A stretch of 64,000 bases of DNA, taken from contig JAZDKZ010000007.1 in assembly GCA_043802485.1 (NCBI GenBank), forward strand, positions 50,457 to 114,456, written 5' to 3'. A program made the translations under genes and the position numbers. The notes below the pieces were generated by a model that was given only the letters and a program-made list of their open reading frames with translations, made no database searches and had not been told where the DNA came from. The DNA comes from Candidatus Aenigmatarchaeota archaeon (GTDB lineage: Archaea; Aenigmatarchaeota; Aenigmatarchaeia; Aenigmatarchaeales; Aenigmatarchaeaceae). Positions 1 to 8,629 of the stretch are shown here, one piece after another. Within the stretch, counting starts at the first letter, position 1; each line of letters begins with the position of its first letter.

Positions 1-222
1 TGTATGCACATTTCTTGGCGCCAATTGTGCGCTTACGCGCCAAAAGGATGAAATCGATGTTGTATCGATATTTCTAGGCGCCTTATTTGTAAAAAGTAAT
101 GCGCAAAATTAGGATATATATATTCATAGAAACAGTTTCCAGCCATGCTTTGTATTGTTTCTGGGTACAATTTCAATCAAAAATAACTAATTTTATATTA
201 TCTAATTGTTTCTAAAGGTGTT

Positions 223-1122
223 TTATGGCTTCTTTTGAAAATCCTTGACTATATATACCTTGTTTGACCTGCCGATTCGTTCAAGTTTGACAAGTCCTCT
301 TTCCTTCAAAGAACTCAGCACCTTTGACACTTTTGCCTTGGAATAGCCGCTGTCGCGCACAATAATTTTCTGATTGACACCGCTTCCGTGCTTCATTATG
401 GTGTTGAAAATTGTTTTCTCGTCTTTTTTCAGGACAGGAATAATAAATTTTATTCCTTTGCCTTTTAGATAGAACTGATAGAAGAGAACGAAGCCAGAAA
501 AAGTTATGACAACAATGACCAAAAGGTACTGCATGGGTAATCCTGCAATAACTTCGCCTGTACTATCGAAAGCAATGGAAACATCAAACCTTTCCCCGAC
601 ATCCAGATCATTCTTCAGCCAGTTTATTATCAGCCTTCTCCCGTCAGATCCCTTCAGAGCGTCAGAAGGACTGTAGGAATTCTCTATCGGCTCTCTCAGT
701 CCGGTTGCTTCTGGCAATTTTACCAAAACGGAAAGTGTGTTTACATCGTCGTCTAAAACGAAAGAGTCAGAAAAAAGAAGATAACCTTCCCTCTTCTTGA
801 CGTTCTCATCAGAACTGTACAAGACCTGTATGTCTGTCCTATTAGAAGCATCCATATCACATGTGACAACTGTTCCCAAGACCCTCTTAACAATCTTACA
901 ATCAGCCTTTGTCTCTATGCTTATGTTCGATGGGCTTCCAAGAGTGAAGGAAACATTCTGTTCAGGATTATTGACATATATTAAATTAATCTTGTAATTC
1001 ACAGTATTGTTCTCCAGAATATCTGCGTCAACACTGTACTGAAATATCTGGCAGAACCCTGGCATTGAGAATAGAATAAAACCTAGCAATATTGTTAGCA
1101 ATACCTTTTTCATGCGTATCAT
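223..1122 (-). CDS. Membrane-tethered winged-helix (MarR/PadR-like) DNA-binding protein: N-terminal signal peptide, extracytoplasmic domain, one TM helix, C-terminal wHTH
   Basis: N-terminal hydrophobic signal sequence (MIRMKKVLLTILLGFILFSMPGFCQ). TM segment LLVIVVITFSGFVLFYQFY near the C-terminus. C-terminal ~80 aa (TIFNTIMKHGSGVNQKIIVRDSGYSKAKVSKVLSSLKERGLVKLERIGRSNKVYIV) looks like a wHTH recognition helix plus wing. Confidence 0.5.
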   Translation of the reverse strand: MIRMKKVLLTILLGFILFSMPGFCQIFQYSVDADILENNTVNYKINLIYVNNPEQNVSFTLGSPSNISIETKADCKIVKRVLGTVVTCDMDASNRTDIQVLYSSDENVKKREGYLLFSDSFVLDDDVNTLSVLVKLPEATGLREPIENSYSPSDALKGSDGRRLIINWLKNDLDVGERFDVSIAFDSTGEVIAGLPMQYLLVIVVITFSGFVLFYQFYLKGKGIKFIIPVLKKDEKTIFNTIMKHGSGVNQKIIVRDSGYSKAKVSKVLSSLKERGLVKLERIGRSNKVYIVKDFQKKP

Positions 1123-1574
1123 TTTCCTCTAACCAGAACCATGCCGCCGGTTCCAGCTGCTGCGAACTGGTGCATGACATGGGAAACCGTGTTAAGGATC
1201 GACTGGGCCTCTCCTGCATCTGTCTCGAACTTTTTGGGCTCAAGAACCTCAATCGCAGACGGGCCATACTCTATGACTATCTGGACCAGGTTGTCAAAAT
1301 TGCTCGAAACAAGCTCTATCTCGCTGGTCATAGAATAACCTTTCTCAACGTTCTTTATCGGCTTTTCAACCTCTTTGGTCTCCCCGAACTCCTTCTTGCA
1401 CATCTTCACCCTACTGTCATTATCCAAGCGGTCAAGAAGACCTTCCAAAGACTTTTTGGTAGTTTCCTCGCTAACAGCCAAAACCTCAAACATCATCCAG
1501 GCTCTTATGTTCCCTTCCTTGACCTTTGCATCTGCCTCTTCCTTTGTAATCATAAGAACTAATTTCATTTTCAA
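1119..1574 (-). CDS. Hypothetical cytoplasmic protein (151 aa)
   Basis: Clean ORF with balanced, charged composition. The overlapping plus-strand ORF 1092..1562 is Cys/Leu-rich and looks spurious. No recognisable motif. Confidence 0.4.
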   Translation of the reverse strand: MKMKLVLMITKEEADAKVKEGNIRAWMMFEVLAVSEETTKKSLEGLLDRLDNDSRVKMCKKEFGETKEVEKPIKNVEKGYSMTSEIELVSSNFDNLVQIVIEYGPSAIEVLEPKKFETDAGEAQSILNTVSHVMHQFAAAGTGGMVLVRGK

Positions 1575-1584
1575 AGCTTTAAAT

Positions 1585-2619
1585 TTATTTCCATAGCCTG
1601 CTAGGAACCCATTTCAAACCCCTGACAGGCATTTTCTCTCCGCATTTGGGGCATTTCAGGTCCTTTTTGAGCAAGAGCCTTTTTACGCCCATGATGCTTC
1701 TTTCAATGGCCAGTTCTCCGCATTCCGGGCAGTATGTGTTCTCCAGCTTGTGGCCATGAACGTTACCGACATAGACATATTTCAGGCCCTGTTCCTTGGC
1801 TACCTTGTAGGCCTTTTCCAAAGTTTCCACGGGTGTCCTAGGCAATTCTGTCATCTTGTGTGTTGGAAAGAACTGCAGAATATGAAAAGGCATCTCCTCC
1901 CCCAGATTGTCAACAATCCACTTGCACAGCTTTTTCAAATCCTCCATATTGTCGCCTATTTCCGGAACTAACAGGTCGGTTATTTCAGTGTAGACCTTGC
2001 TCTTCTTGTAGGCCAGCAAGGCATCGAATATGGGCTCGACTTTTGGTACTTGGGATAACTTGCTGTAAAAGTCCGGATTTGCAGAGCCCTTGAAATCCAC
2101 GGTGGCGGCGTCAAGGTATCTTGATATCTTATTTATCGCTTTAGGAGAGGTGTAGCCGTTGGTCACAAACATGTTGTACAGGCCCTGCTCTGATGCTATT
2201 TTGGCTGTGTCATAAGCGAATTCATAGAATACAGTAGGCTCGACATAAGTGTAGGAGATGCCTTGCACTCCATTTTTCTTTGCCAGTTCCACGACTGCTT
2301 CTGGTGTATAGTCCTCGCCCGAGATATCAGCCTCCTGTGATATCTGCCAGTTGCAGCAAAAATCACAGCGAAAGTTACAGCCAACGCTGGATATGGACAA
2401 GGTCTTTGAACCGGGAGCAAACATGTACAAAGGCTTCTTTTCTATAGGATCCACAGCCACGGAATAGAGCTTTCCGTAGACAAGCGAATAGAGCTTTCCC
2501 TTTACGTTCTTTCTGACCCTGCAAAACCCGGTCTGGCCCTCGGGTATATTGCAATTTCTAGCGCACAAGCCACAGCTAACGGCATTTTCCAGCTTTTTGT
2601 AGAACAAGGCTTCCTTCAT
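1585..2619 (-). CDS. Radical SAM enzyme, AmmeMemoRadiSam-system / PFL-activase-like
   Basis: Radical SAM cluster motif C-NFRC-DFC (CxxxCxxC) preceded by a GxC motif. A C-terminal CPxCG...CPKCG zinc ribbon and the overall layout are typical of the AmmeMemoRadiSam radical SAM family. Confidence 0.65.
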   Translation of the reverse strand: MKEALFYKKLENAVSCGLCARNCNIPEGQTGFCRVRKNVKGKLYSLVYGKLYSVAVDPIEKKPLYMFAPGSKTLSISSVGCNFRCDFCCNWQISQEADISGEDYTPEAVVELAKKNGVQGISYTYVEPTVFYEFAYDTAKIASEQGLYNMFVTNGYTSPKAINKISRYLDAATVDFKGSANPDFYSKLSQVPKVEPIFDALLAYKKSKVYTEITDLLVPEIGDNMEDLKKLCKWIVDNLGEEMPFHILQFFPTHKMTELPRTPVETLEKAYKVAKEQGLKYVYVGNVHGHKLENTYCPECGELAIERSIMGVKRLLLKKDLKCPKCGEKMPVRGLKWVPSRLWK

Positions 2620-2658
2620 GATAGTTATTTAATTTTCAAAGCATTTTATACTTATTAT

Positions 2659-2744
2659 GCCCTAGTAGCTTAATCTGGTGAAGCGTTCGCCTCGTATAAG
2701 TTCGGGAAAGCGAAAGATTGCAGGTTCAAATCCTGCCTAGGGCT
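2659..2744 (+). tRNA. tRNA-Thr(CGU) with a ~12-nt canonical (37/38) intron at about 2697..2708
   Basis: Hand fold: acceptor GCCCTAG/CTAGGGC, discriminator U. D-stem GCTT/AAGC. Anticodon stem TTCGC/GCGAA with loop CTCGTA+A (anticodon CGT) interrupted by TAAGTTCGGGAA. Variable loop AGATT. T-arm GCAGG-TTCAAAT-CCTGC. No encoded CCA. Confidence 0.75.
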
Positions 2745-2799
2745 CTTTACCACAGCAAGTGGTAAAAAAGCACAAGCACTGTAAATACATACTATTTAC

Positions 2800-3635
2800 A
2801 TGCACTTAGAAACTAAATACCTAAAAGAGCTTTCCAAAAATGAAAGGGATAAGATTTTTGTTAAAATTGGTATTAAGAAAAATAAATTGAAATGCATAAG
2901 AAAATTGCCGCCAAAGCAAAAACTAATAGAATCTGCCAAAATAGCACTTCAAATAGACCCTACCACAAATGAGGATTTCATTGAGTGGATAGCCGGATAT
3001 GAATGGAGAGGAATTGTTCATAATTACTTTGATAATTTAGATGCTCTTCTTTCTTTTGCCAAAAAGGAGTTGCCTGTCATTAGAAAGAGTTTTGTATACA
3101 AAAACAATCCTAAAAAGATAGATATCCTTAGAATATTGCCATCAAAAATAGATATTCTGGATTTACATTGTGATATCAATGAGGATGAAATTCATATCTG
3201 GCAAAAAAATAATAGCCGCATCAGAAGCGTTAAATTAAGAAGAGAAATAGACAAAAAATCTTTCTTGTTGGCATGTCTCTCTACGCGGGAGAGGGAACAA
3301 AATCCAAAGGAAGGCATGATGTAGAAATAGTAAATTCCAACTTCTCTTTAATAAGAATATTTATTAAATTTCTTTCGGCACTGGGCATCAAAAAAGATGA
3401 AATAGGAGCTAGAGTGCATGTGCATGATAAAAAAGACGTAGAACATGCAACCCAGTTATGGATGGAAAATGTCGGATTGACTAGAAAACAATTTAAGAAA
3501 CCTTTGATGAAGAAAAGAGGCCGCAAAGTGAACAAGAGGTGTTTTACCTTGGATTTACGCGTCTATAATTCCATGTTACAAAATCTATTATTATACTGGC
3601 TATCTGATTTGGAAAGAATAATAGACTATATTTAA
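2800..3635 (+). pseudogene. Free-standing LAGLIDADG-family homing-endonuclease-like gene, split by a frameshift at an A6 run (two ORFs: 2800..3324 and 3273..3635)
   Basis: ORF2 begins ...KIFLVGMSLYAGEGTKSKGRHDVEIVNSNFSLIRIFIKFLSALGIKKDE when read through in its own frame. This closely parallels the intein block FCRLVGYYLAEGYTQGNEAITFTFNKKEKGYVFDVCFLMRKIFGLK at 7090-7200. ORF1 has a second degenerate motif (FIEWIAGYEWRGIV) about 100 aa upstream, the usual spacing in double-motif LAGLIDADG enzymes. The frames switch at the homopolymer acaaaaaatc (3253-3258). Confidence 0.35.
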
Positions 3636-3677
3636 TCTCCCTCGGGGCTTTTTATTTCTATTGTCTCAATTATCATT

Positions 3678-3869
3678 ATGGCCGAACTAAGAGGCTATAA
3701 AAAAATCATGAACTCAATAGAACATGATAGAATGAGAATGGCTGTAACTGGTGAATCATTTGATGATATTGTGAACGAGGGCATTTCTCCGGAAGACAGA
3801 AAATATTTGGATGATATAGATCGAAAAGTTGCTGCTGATCTCGGAAGAAAAAGAGGATATAACAAATAA
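3678..3869 (+). CDS. Small hypothetical protein (63 aa)
   Basis: Short charged ORF in an intergenic gap; no motif. Confidence 0.3.
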   Translation: MAELRGYKKIMNSIEHDRMRMAVTGESFDDIVNEGISPEDRKYLDDIDRKVAADLGRKRGYNK

Positions 3870-3947
3870 TAAGAAGATAGTATATTTCTCTTAGCAGAAA
3901 GCTATAAATTTGTCAACATAATAATTAAAAGAGTAAAGGGTGATGAA

Positions 3948-4418
3948 ATGGAAGTTAGAATATACGAGATAGAAAAGAACGCTGTTTCAAAGGTGAAGAG
4001 TATACTGGAAAGTACGGACAAAAGTGACATAGAACTCAAATGTCAAAAGTGCGAAAAAACTGAAACTAAAACAATAGACGCTGGTAGACTTACATCAGAT
4101 GAGAGCAACGAAAGGTTTGAGAAAGCCAATCCTTGTACATGTGGAGGACCAACAAAAATAGTTTCCAGTAAAATTTCTTATATAAATGAACTTGTTAGAA
4201 ATGGGTATGGTTTACATGGTGCTCAGGCAATCGAAGTTGAAAAGGATTCATCATTCCTCTACATAAAAGCAGACGAAGATTTTTTCAGAAAGAATGAAAA
4301 ATTGTTAATGATTGAGGGTGTAAAGAAAATGGAAGGAAATGAGATGGAAAAAATAAAAAACAAAATAGAGGAACTCGAAGAAAAGGCCTTAGAAGGCTTT
4401 GGAGGCATATTCGGATGA
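3948..4418 (+). CDS. Hypothetical protein with Cys4 zinc-ribbon (CQKC...CTCGG)
   Basis: CxxC ... CxC spacing typical of a zinc ribbon; Lys/Glu-rich C-terminal helix; preceded by an A-rich leader. Confidence 0.4.
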   Translation: MEVRIYEIEKNAVSKVKSILESTDKSDIELKCQKCEKTETKTIDAGRLTSDESNERFEKANPCTCGGPTKIVSSKISYINELVRNGYGLHGAQAIEVEKDSSFLYIKADEDFFRKNEKLLMIEGVKKMEGNEMEKIKNKIEELEEKALEGFGGIFG

Positions 4419-4675
4419 TGGCTGTCTTCACGATTGGGGCTGACGAAAGAAGGGTGGCCCAGATGATGGAGATTGCCCAGGCATGGGGCTTTATTGGCAA
4501 GTATTCTGATTCCAAGAGGCTCTTGGACGACGTGATAAAGAAGAAGATTGCCTATGTCCTGGTAGTCGACCCAGAGGCAATAGAAGAAAACGTAAAAAAA
4601 CAGCTCCAAACCATGAACGTCAAGATAGTCAACTTCAATGACAAGAAAAGGCTCGAAGGCCTTATAAGAGTCTGA
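4415..4675 (+). CDS. Hypothetical protein (86 aa)
   Basis: ATGA start/stop overlap with the upstream gene suggests translational coupling. No motif recognised. Confidence 0.35.
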   Translation: MMAVFTIGADERRVAQMMEIAQAWGFIGKYSDSKRLLDDVIKKKIAYVLVVDPEAIEENVKKQLQTMNVKIVNFNDKKRLEGLIRV

Positions 4676-4691
4676 TTCTTAATTATTTTAG

Positions 4692-4779
4692 GCGCCGATA
4701 GTCTAGCCTGGTAGGACATAAGCTTCCCAATTATCCAAGGAAACAGCTTAGGACCCGGGTTCAAATCCCGGTCGGCGCA
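4692..4779 (+). tRNA. tRNA-Gly(CCC) with a ~15-nt canonical intron (about 4730..4744)
   Basis: Acceptor GCGCCGA/TCGGCGC, discriminator A. Typical archaeal Gly D-arm GTAGTCTAGCCTGGTAGGAC. Anticodon stem TAAGC/GCTTA with loop TTCCCAA interrupted by ATTATCCAAGGAAAC. T-arm CCGGG-TTCAAAT-CCCGG. Confidence 0.7.
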
Positions 4780-4811
4780 CTATCATATTGATAAAAATTT
4801 CTGACATCCGA

Positions 4812-5477
4812 TTATATAGCCCCAATAGCCATCAGGTTACGACAAAAGGCGAAAATTTTATCCGTCAGGCTTAAGGTTAGAGGCTGGATGTCGTGGCTGA
4901 CATAGAGGTAGTACAGAACAACAATGGTCAAACCGATTAATTCTATGGCAGCACCTAAAGAAAATATGAACTTTTTCTTACTTACACCGTAATAAATCAA
5001 GTAGTAAATAGTTATGGCCTGCCATAAAAAGGCTACTATATATCCGATGGCGGATCTTGACAGCAGAAAACTGGAAAAGGCCGTGTTGGTCAAGATTGTA
5101 GCAAATAGCATTATAAGGTTGGCATAGTTCAAAGCAGATTTCTTAAAGTAAAGAAAGCAACCCACTGAGATAACTATACGATGCAGGCCCGCCCACATGT
5201 TCATTCCCACACCCGCACCAGCTGTTTTCGGAATAATAAAGCTGAACGAGGGTATGAAATAAAGGTCTGATATGAACATAGGAACAGTACTGGCTAGCAT
5301 TATCAACCAGAACTTGTCCTTTGTCTTGTAAAAGGCGTAAGAGAAGGCTAGGAAGGCAATGGCATCGCCTGCCAAGTAGGCTTGAGTTGCCGGTGTACGT
5401 ATCAACATGCTCCTAATGATTAGAATAAACGAGACTATCGCTACTGTGTAAACAAGCAGTCTGACCTTGTCCGCCAT
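4812..5477 (-). CDS. Polytopic integral membrane protein (about 6-7 TM), function unknown
   Basis: 221 aa, almost entirely hydrophobic helices separated by short loops. Confidence 0.5.
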   Translation of the reverse strand: MADKVRLLVYTVAIVSFILIIRSMLIRTPATQAYLAGDAIAFLAFSYAFYKTKDKFWLIMLASTVPMFISDLYFIPSFSFIIPKTAGAGVGMNMWAGLHRIVISVGCFLYFKKSALNYANLIMLFATILTNTAFSSFLLSRSAIGYIVAFLWQAITIYYLIYYGVSKKKFIFSLGAAIELIGLTIVVLYYLYVSHDIQPLTLSLTDKIFAFCRNLMAIGAI

Positions 5478-5588
5478 AGTAATATTTTTTTGTCCAGCTA
5501 TTTATCTTTTCTAGAAATATGATGCTCACAAACCATGTTCAAACCCCGCCAGCCGCACCATTTTATTAAAGAAAAGTAAAGATTTAGT

Positions 5589-6071
5589 ATGGCAGAGAAG
5601 ACGTATCTGGTGTTCCATCCCACAAGGCTGGCATTCATCAAACTGTATATTTTATTCTTAATCTTCATTGTAACAGGAGCAGCGTTGCTGCTTTCCATGT
5701 TCGGATTGCTGCCGTTTGATGTGCCGCTTCCTGAGGAATATTCACTCTATGCAGCAGCGGTTTCTATTGTCATTGGGATTGTTTTGCTGATAGTAGCGGA
5801 AATAAAGCATAGAATCGACACCTACATAATGACCAATTACAGGATAATAGAAAGACGAGGAATAGTGAGCATAAAGGAGGACTCTGTGGAATGGAATAAC
5901 ATAGCCAACTACACTTTTACGCAGAGCTTCCTGGAGAAGCTGCTGAACATAGGAACCATCAGACTGTATTCTTCGGGCGGGGTAGAGCATGAAGCAGAGG
6001 TTTTAATCAAGAAAACGCCTCACATAAAGAAAATAAGATTTCTTTTGGACAAATTGATACAGAGAGGGTAA
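5589..6071 (+). CDS. Membrane protein with bacterial-type PH domain (bPH_2 / YdbT-like, DUF304 family)
   Basis: Two N-terminal TM helices followed by ...YIMTNYRIIERRGIVSIKEDSVEWNNIANYTFTQSFLEKLLNIGTIRL, which matches the YdbS/YdbT membrane-flanked PH-like fold pattern. Confidence 0.5.
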   Translation: MAEKTYLVFHPTRLAFIKLYILFLIFIVTGAALLLSMFGLLPFDVPLPEEYSLYAAAVSIVIGIVLLIVAEIKHRIDTYIMTNYRIIERRGIVSIKEDSVEWNNIANYTFTQSFLEKLLNIGTIRLYSSGGVEHEAEVLIKKTPHIKKIRFLLDKLIQRG

Positions 6072-6076
6072 TGTCT

Positions 6077-6084
6077 TATAAATA
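6077..6084 (+). promoter_or_regulatory. Putative TATA box (TTATAAAT) about 25-32 nt upstream of tRNA-Val(GAC)
   Basis: cttataaatatt is centred about 28 nt before the mature tRNA 5' end, with an AT-rich BRE-like stretch upstream. Confidence 0.35.
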
Positions 6085-6108
6085 TTCATGTTTTAATTAA
6101 ATTAGCAA

Positions 6109-6180
6109 GGGCCCATGGTCTAGCGGTATGACGCCACCTTGACAGGGTGGAGGCCGAGAGTTCGAATCTCTCTGGGCCCA
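6109..6180 (+). tRNA. tRNA-Val(GAC), 72 nt, no intron
   Basis: Acceptor GGGCCCA/TGGGCCC, discriminator A. D-arm GTCT-AGCGGTA-TGAC. Anticodon stem CCACC/GGTGG with loop TTGACAG. Variable loop AGGCC. T-arm GAGAG-TTCGAAT-CTCTC. Confidence 0.85.
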
Positions 6181-6194
6181 CTCATAGTGTTTTG

Positions 6195-8591
6195 ATGAAA
6201 ATCTTTGCGGACTTGCATTTGCACAGCCATTACAGCAGAGCCACTTCCAACAGGATGAACATAGAGAACCTGGAGAGATACGGCAAACTGAAAGGATTAA
6301 ATCTCATAGGCACAGGAGACTTTACCCATCCGCTCTGGCTGAAAGAGCTTAAGGGAATCCTAAAAGAAGTGGACGGCTTCTACAAGTACAAGGAAAGCAG
6401 CGTCTCTTTTGTTCTTCAGGCAGAGGTCGCCATTATCTACAGGCAGGATGAAAAGTCAAGAAGGGTGCATCTTGTCCTTCTTGCGCCAAGCTTTGGTGTT
6501 GTCGACCAGGTTAACGATTTTTTATCAAAATATGGAAAGCTAGCATCAGACGGCAGGCCCATTCTTACAAAGATAGACTGCGCGGAACTGACGGAAAGGC
6601 TGATGCAGATATCAAAGGATATTATGGTTATACCCGCACACTGTCTATTACCGAACACAAAAATTATTGCCAATCCAGAAGTCAAAAGCATAGAAGATGT
6701 TAAAAGGGGGGATTTTGTATATACGCACACGGGACTGAAGAGAAAAGTAACAAAGGTCTTTTCCCATAGGTATAGAGGAAAACTGCTCAAAATCACACCC
6801 TGGTATTTTTCTGTTGAAACCCCTTCAACACCTGAACACCCTTTCCTAGCTATAAAAACCAAAAAAAACTGCTCTTGGACCAGTGGAATTTGCAAACCGT
6901 CAGAAACTCATTTGAAAAGGTGTAATTCAGAGGAGCACAAAAAGTATCATCCCGAATGGATACAAGCTAAGAATCTAGAGATTGGGGATGTTTTGGTTTA
7001 TCCAAGATTCAGAGAGAAAAACATAGATGTCGGCCATATAGCGTTTGGAGACAGAAAAATTGAATTAGATAGAGATTTCTGCAGGCTTGTTGGATATTAC
7101 CTTGCGGAAGGCTACACTCAAGGCAATGAAGCGATAACATTTACGTTCAATAAAAAAGAGAAAGGCTATGTTTTTGATGTGTGTTTTCTAATGAGAAAAA
7201 TATTCGGTTTGAAACCATCTAAAGGAAAAACAGAAAGTGATGCCATATTCTATTCCAAGGCCATAACTGAAAAATTTAAAGAGCTGTTTTATACTAGAAA
7301 GCCGTATAGGGCGTTTAACAAAAAATTGCCAGAGGACTTTATTTACCTGCCAGAAGAAAAGCAAGTCGAAATTCTCAAAGGCTGGTGGAGAGGCGACAAA
7401 GGAAGCACATCATCCAGATTATTGGCGAATCAAATGAAAATTGTCTGTTTAAGATTAGGCATAATACCATCCTTTACAATCGACACTGTGCAGTCCCATA
7501 AAGAAAGGGGCAAACATTTAATAGGGGATAGAGAAATCCGAGCAAAGCATGACAATTTCATACTTCACCGATTGAGCTTTTTTGAAGACAGACTCAACCT
7601 GCTGAAGGATCCCGCATTTAAAAAATGCGTATCAAAAACAAAGATGAGGCATGGGTGGCTGGATGGAAGGTTTATTTACATACCCATAAGAAAAATAGAC
7701 ATTGCTTTTTACGACGGCAATGTACTAAATTTAGAGGTCGAGAAAGATAATTCATACTTGACTGAATCTGCTGCTGTTCATAATTGCTGGACGCCGTGGT
7801 TCGCGCTTTTTGGCAGCAAGTCAGGCTTTGACAGGATAGAGGACTGCTTCAAGGACCAGACAAAGAACATATTCGCCTTGGAGACAGGCCTTTCAAGCGA
7901 TCCGGCAATGAACTGGCGCCTGTCCGCCTTGGACAAATACACGCTGATAAGCAACAGCGACTCTCACAGTCCCTGGCCGTCAAGGATAGGTAGGGAGGCG
8001 AATGTCTTCAATGCTGAAATGACCTACAAGGACGTGTTAGATGTTCTGAAGAAGAAGGACCCTAAAAGATTCCTTTACACGATAGAGGTCGACCCGTCAT
8101 GGGGTAAGTACCACTGGGACGGCCACAGGGCATGCAACGTCTGCATGAGCCCGAAGGAATCGCTAAAGCACAAGAACATTTGCCCTGTCTGTAAAAGGGA
8201 ACTGACCATAGGCGTTGAGCACCGCGTCGAGGAATTAGCAGACAGGGAAGATGGCTTCAGGCCTGATGGAGCGATACCATTCAAGAAGATTATACCCCTT
8301 TCTGAATTGATAGCAACAGTGTACAACACCCAATCTTTCGCGAAAAAGGTGTGGGCAGAGTCATCCAAATTATTGAACGAGTTCGGCTCAGAGTTCAAGG
8401 TCCTTTTGGAGACGCCGGAGGAGAACCTGAGAATAGTGACGCATGAGAAGATTGCCAAGCTGATAATAAAGAACCGGAACGGCGATTTGAAAATACACCC
8501 TGGCTACGACGGCGAATACGGCAAGCTTATCCTCGAAGAAGAGGGCTACATCAAACAGCCACAAAAGAGACTGGACTCTTTCACAAAATAA
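6195..8591 (+). CDS. PHP-domain nuclease, EndoQ-like (TIGR00375-like), interrupted by a 381-aa intein; the spliced host protein would be about 417 aa
   Basis: N-terminus MKIFADLHLHSHYS is the PHP-domain metal-binding signature. The C-terminal part has a zinc finger (CNVCM...CPVCK) and a size near the roughly 420-aa P. furiosus EndoQ. The ORF-track start at 6147 lies inside tRNA-Val; the first plausible ATG is 6195. Extein junctions are VIPAH|C...HN|CWTPWFALFG. Confidence 0.6.
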   Translation: MKIFADLHLHSHYSRATSNRMNIENLERYGKLKGLNLIGTGDFTHPLWLKELKGILKEVDGFYKYKESSVSFVLQAEVAIIYRQDEKSRRVHLVLLAPSFGVVDQVNDFLSKYGKLASDGRPILTKIDCAELTERLMQISKDIMVIPAHCLLPNTKIIANPEVKSIEDVKRGDFVYTHTGLKRKVTKVFSHRYRGKLLKITPWYFSVETPSTPEHPFLAIKTKKNCSWTSGICKPSETHLKRCNSEEHKKYHPEWIQAKNLEIGDVLVYPRFREKNIDVGHIAFGDRKIELDRDFCRLVGYYLAEGYTQGNEAITFTFNKKEKGYVFDVCFLMRKIFGLKPSKGKTESDAIFYSKAITEKFKELFYTRKPYRAFNKKLPEDFIYLPEEKQVEILKGWWRGDKGSTSSRLLANQMKIVCLRLGIIPSFTIDTVQSHKERGKHLIGDREIRAKHDNFILHRLSFFEDRLNLLKDPAFKKCVSKTKMRHGWLDGRFIYIPIRKIDIAFYDGNVLNLEVEKDNSYLTESAAVHNCWTPWFALFGSKSGFDRIEDCFKDQTKNIFALETGLSSDPAMNWRLSALDKYTLISNSDSHSPWPSRIGREANVFNAEMTYKDVLDVLKKKDPKRFLYTIEVDPSWGKYHWDGHRACNVCMSPKESLKHKNICPVCKRELTIGVEHRVEELADREDGFRPDGAIPFKKIIPLSELIATVYNTQSFAKKVWAESSKLLNEFGSEFKVLLETPEENLRIVTHEKIAKLIIKNRNGDLKIHPGYDGEYGKLILEEEGYIKQPQKRLDSFTK
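6642..7784 (+). mobile_element. Intein (381 aa) with LAGLIDADG homing-endonuclease domain
   Basis: Begins with Cys (CLLPNTKI...), ends ...AAVHN, followed by extein Cys. Internal DOD blocks LVGYYLAEGY and ILKGWWRGDKGS. Splicing-domain blocks flank the endonuclease domain. Confidence 0.7.
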
Positions 8592-8629
8592 AAAAGAAGT
8601 AGAGAAACCATAGCTTCTCCAAAAAAAGT

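Noticed and set aside
1092-1562. Plus-strand 156-aa ORF overlapping the 1119..1574 minus-strand gene
   Set aside because: Cys/Leu/Ser-rich low-complexity translation. It is the antisense shadow of a better-looking protein on the other strand.
6147-6194. ORF-track N-terminal extension (MEAESSNLSGPTHSVL) of the EndoQ-like gene
   Set aside because: It lies inside tRNA-Val(GAC) (6109..6180). The PHP-domain protein almost certainly starts at ATG 6195.
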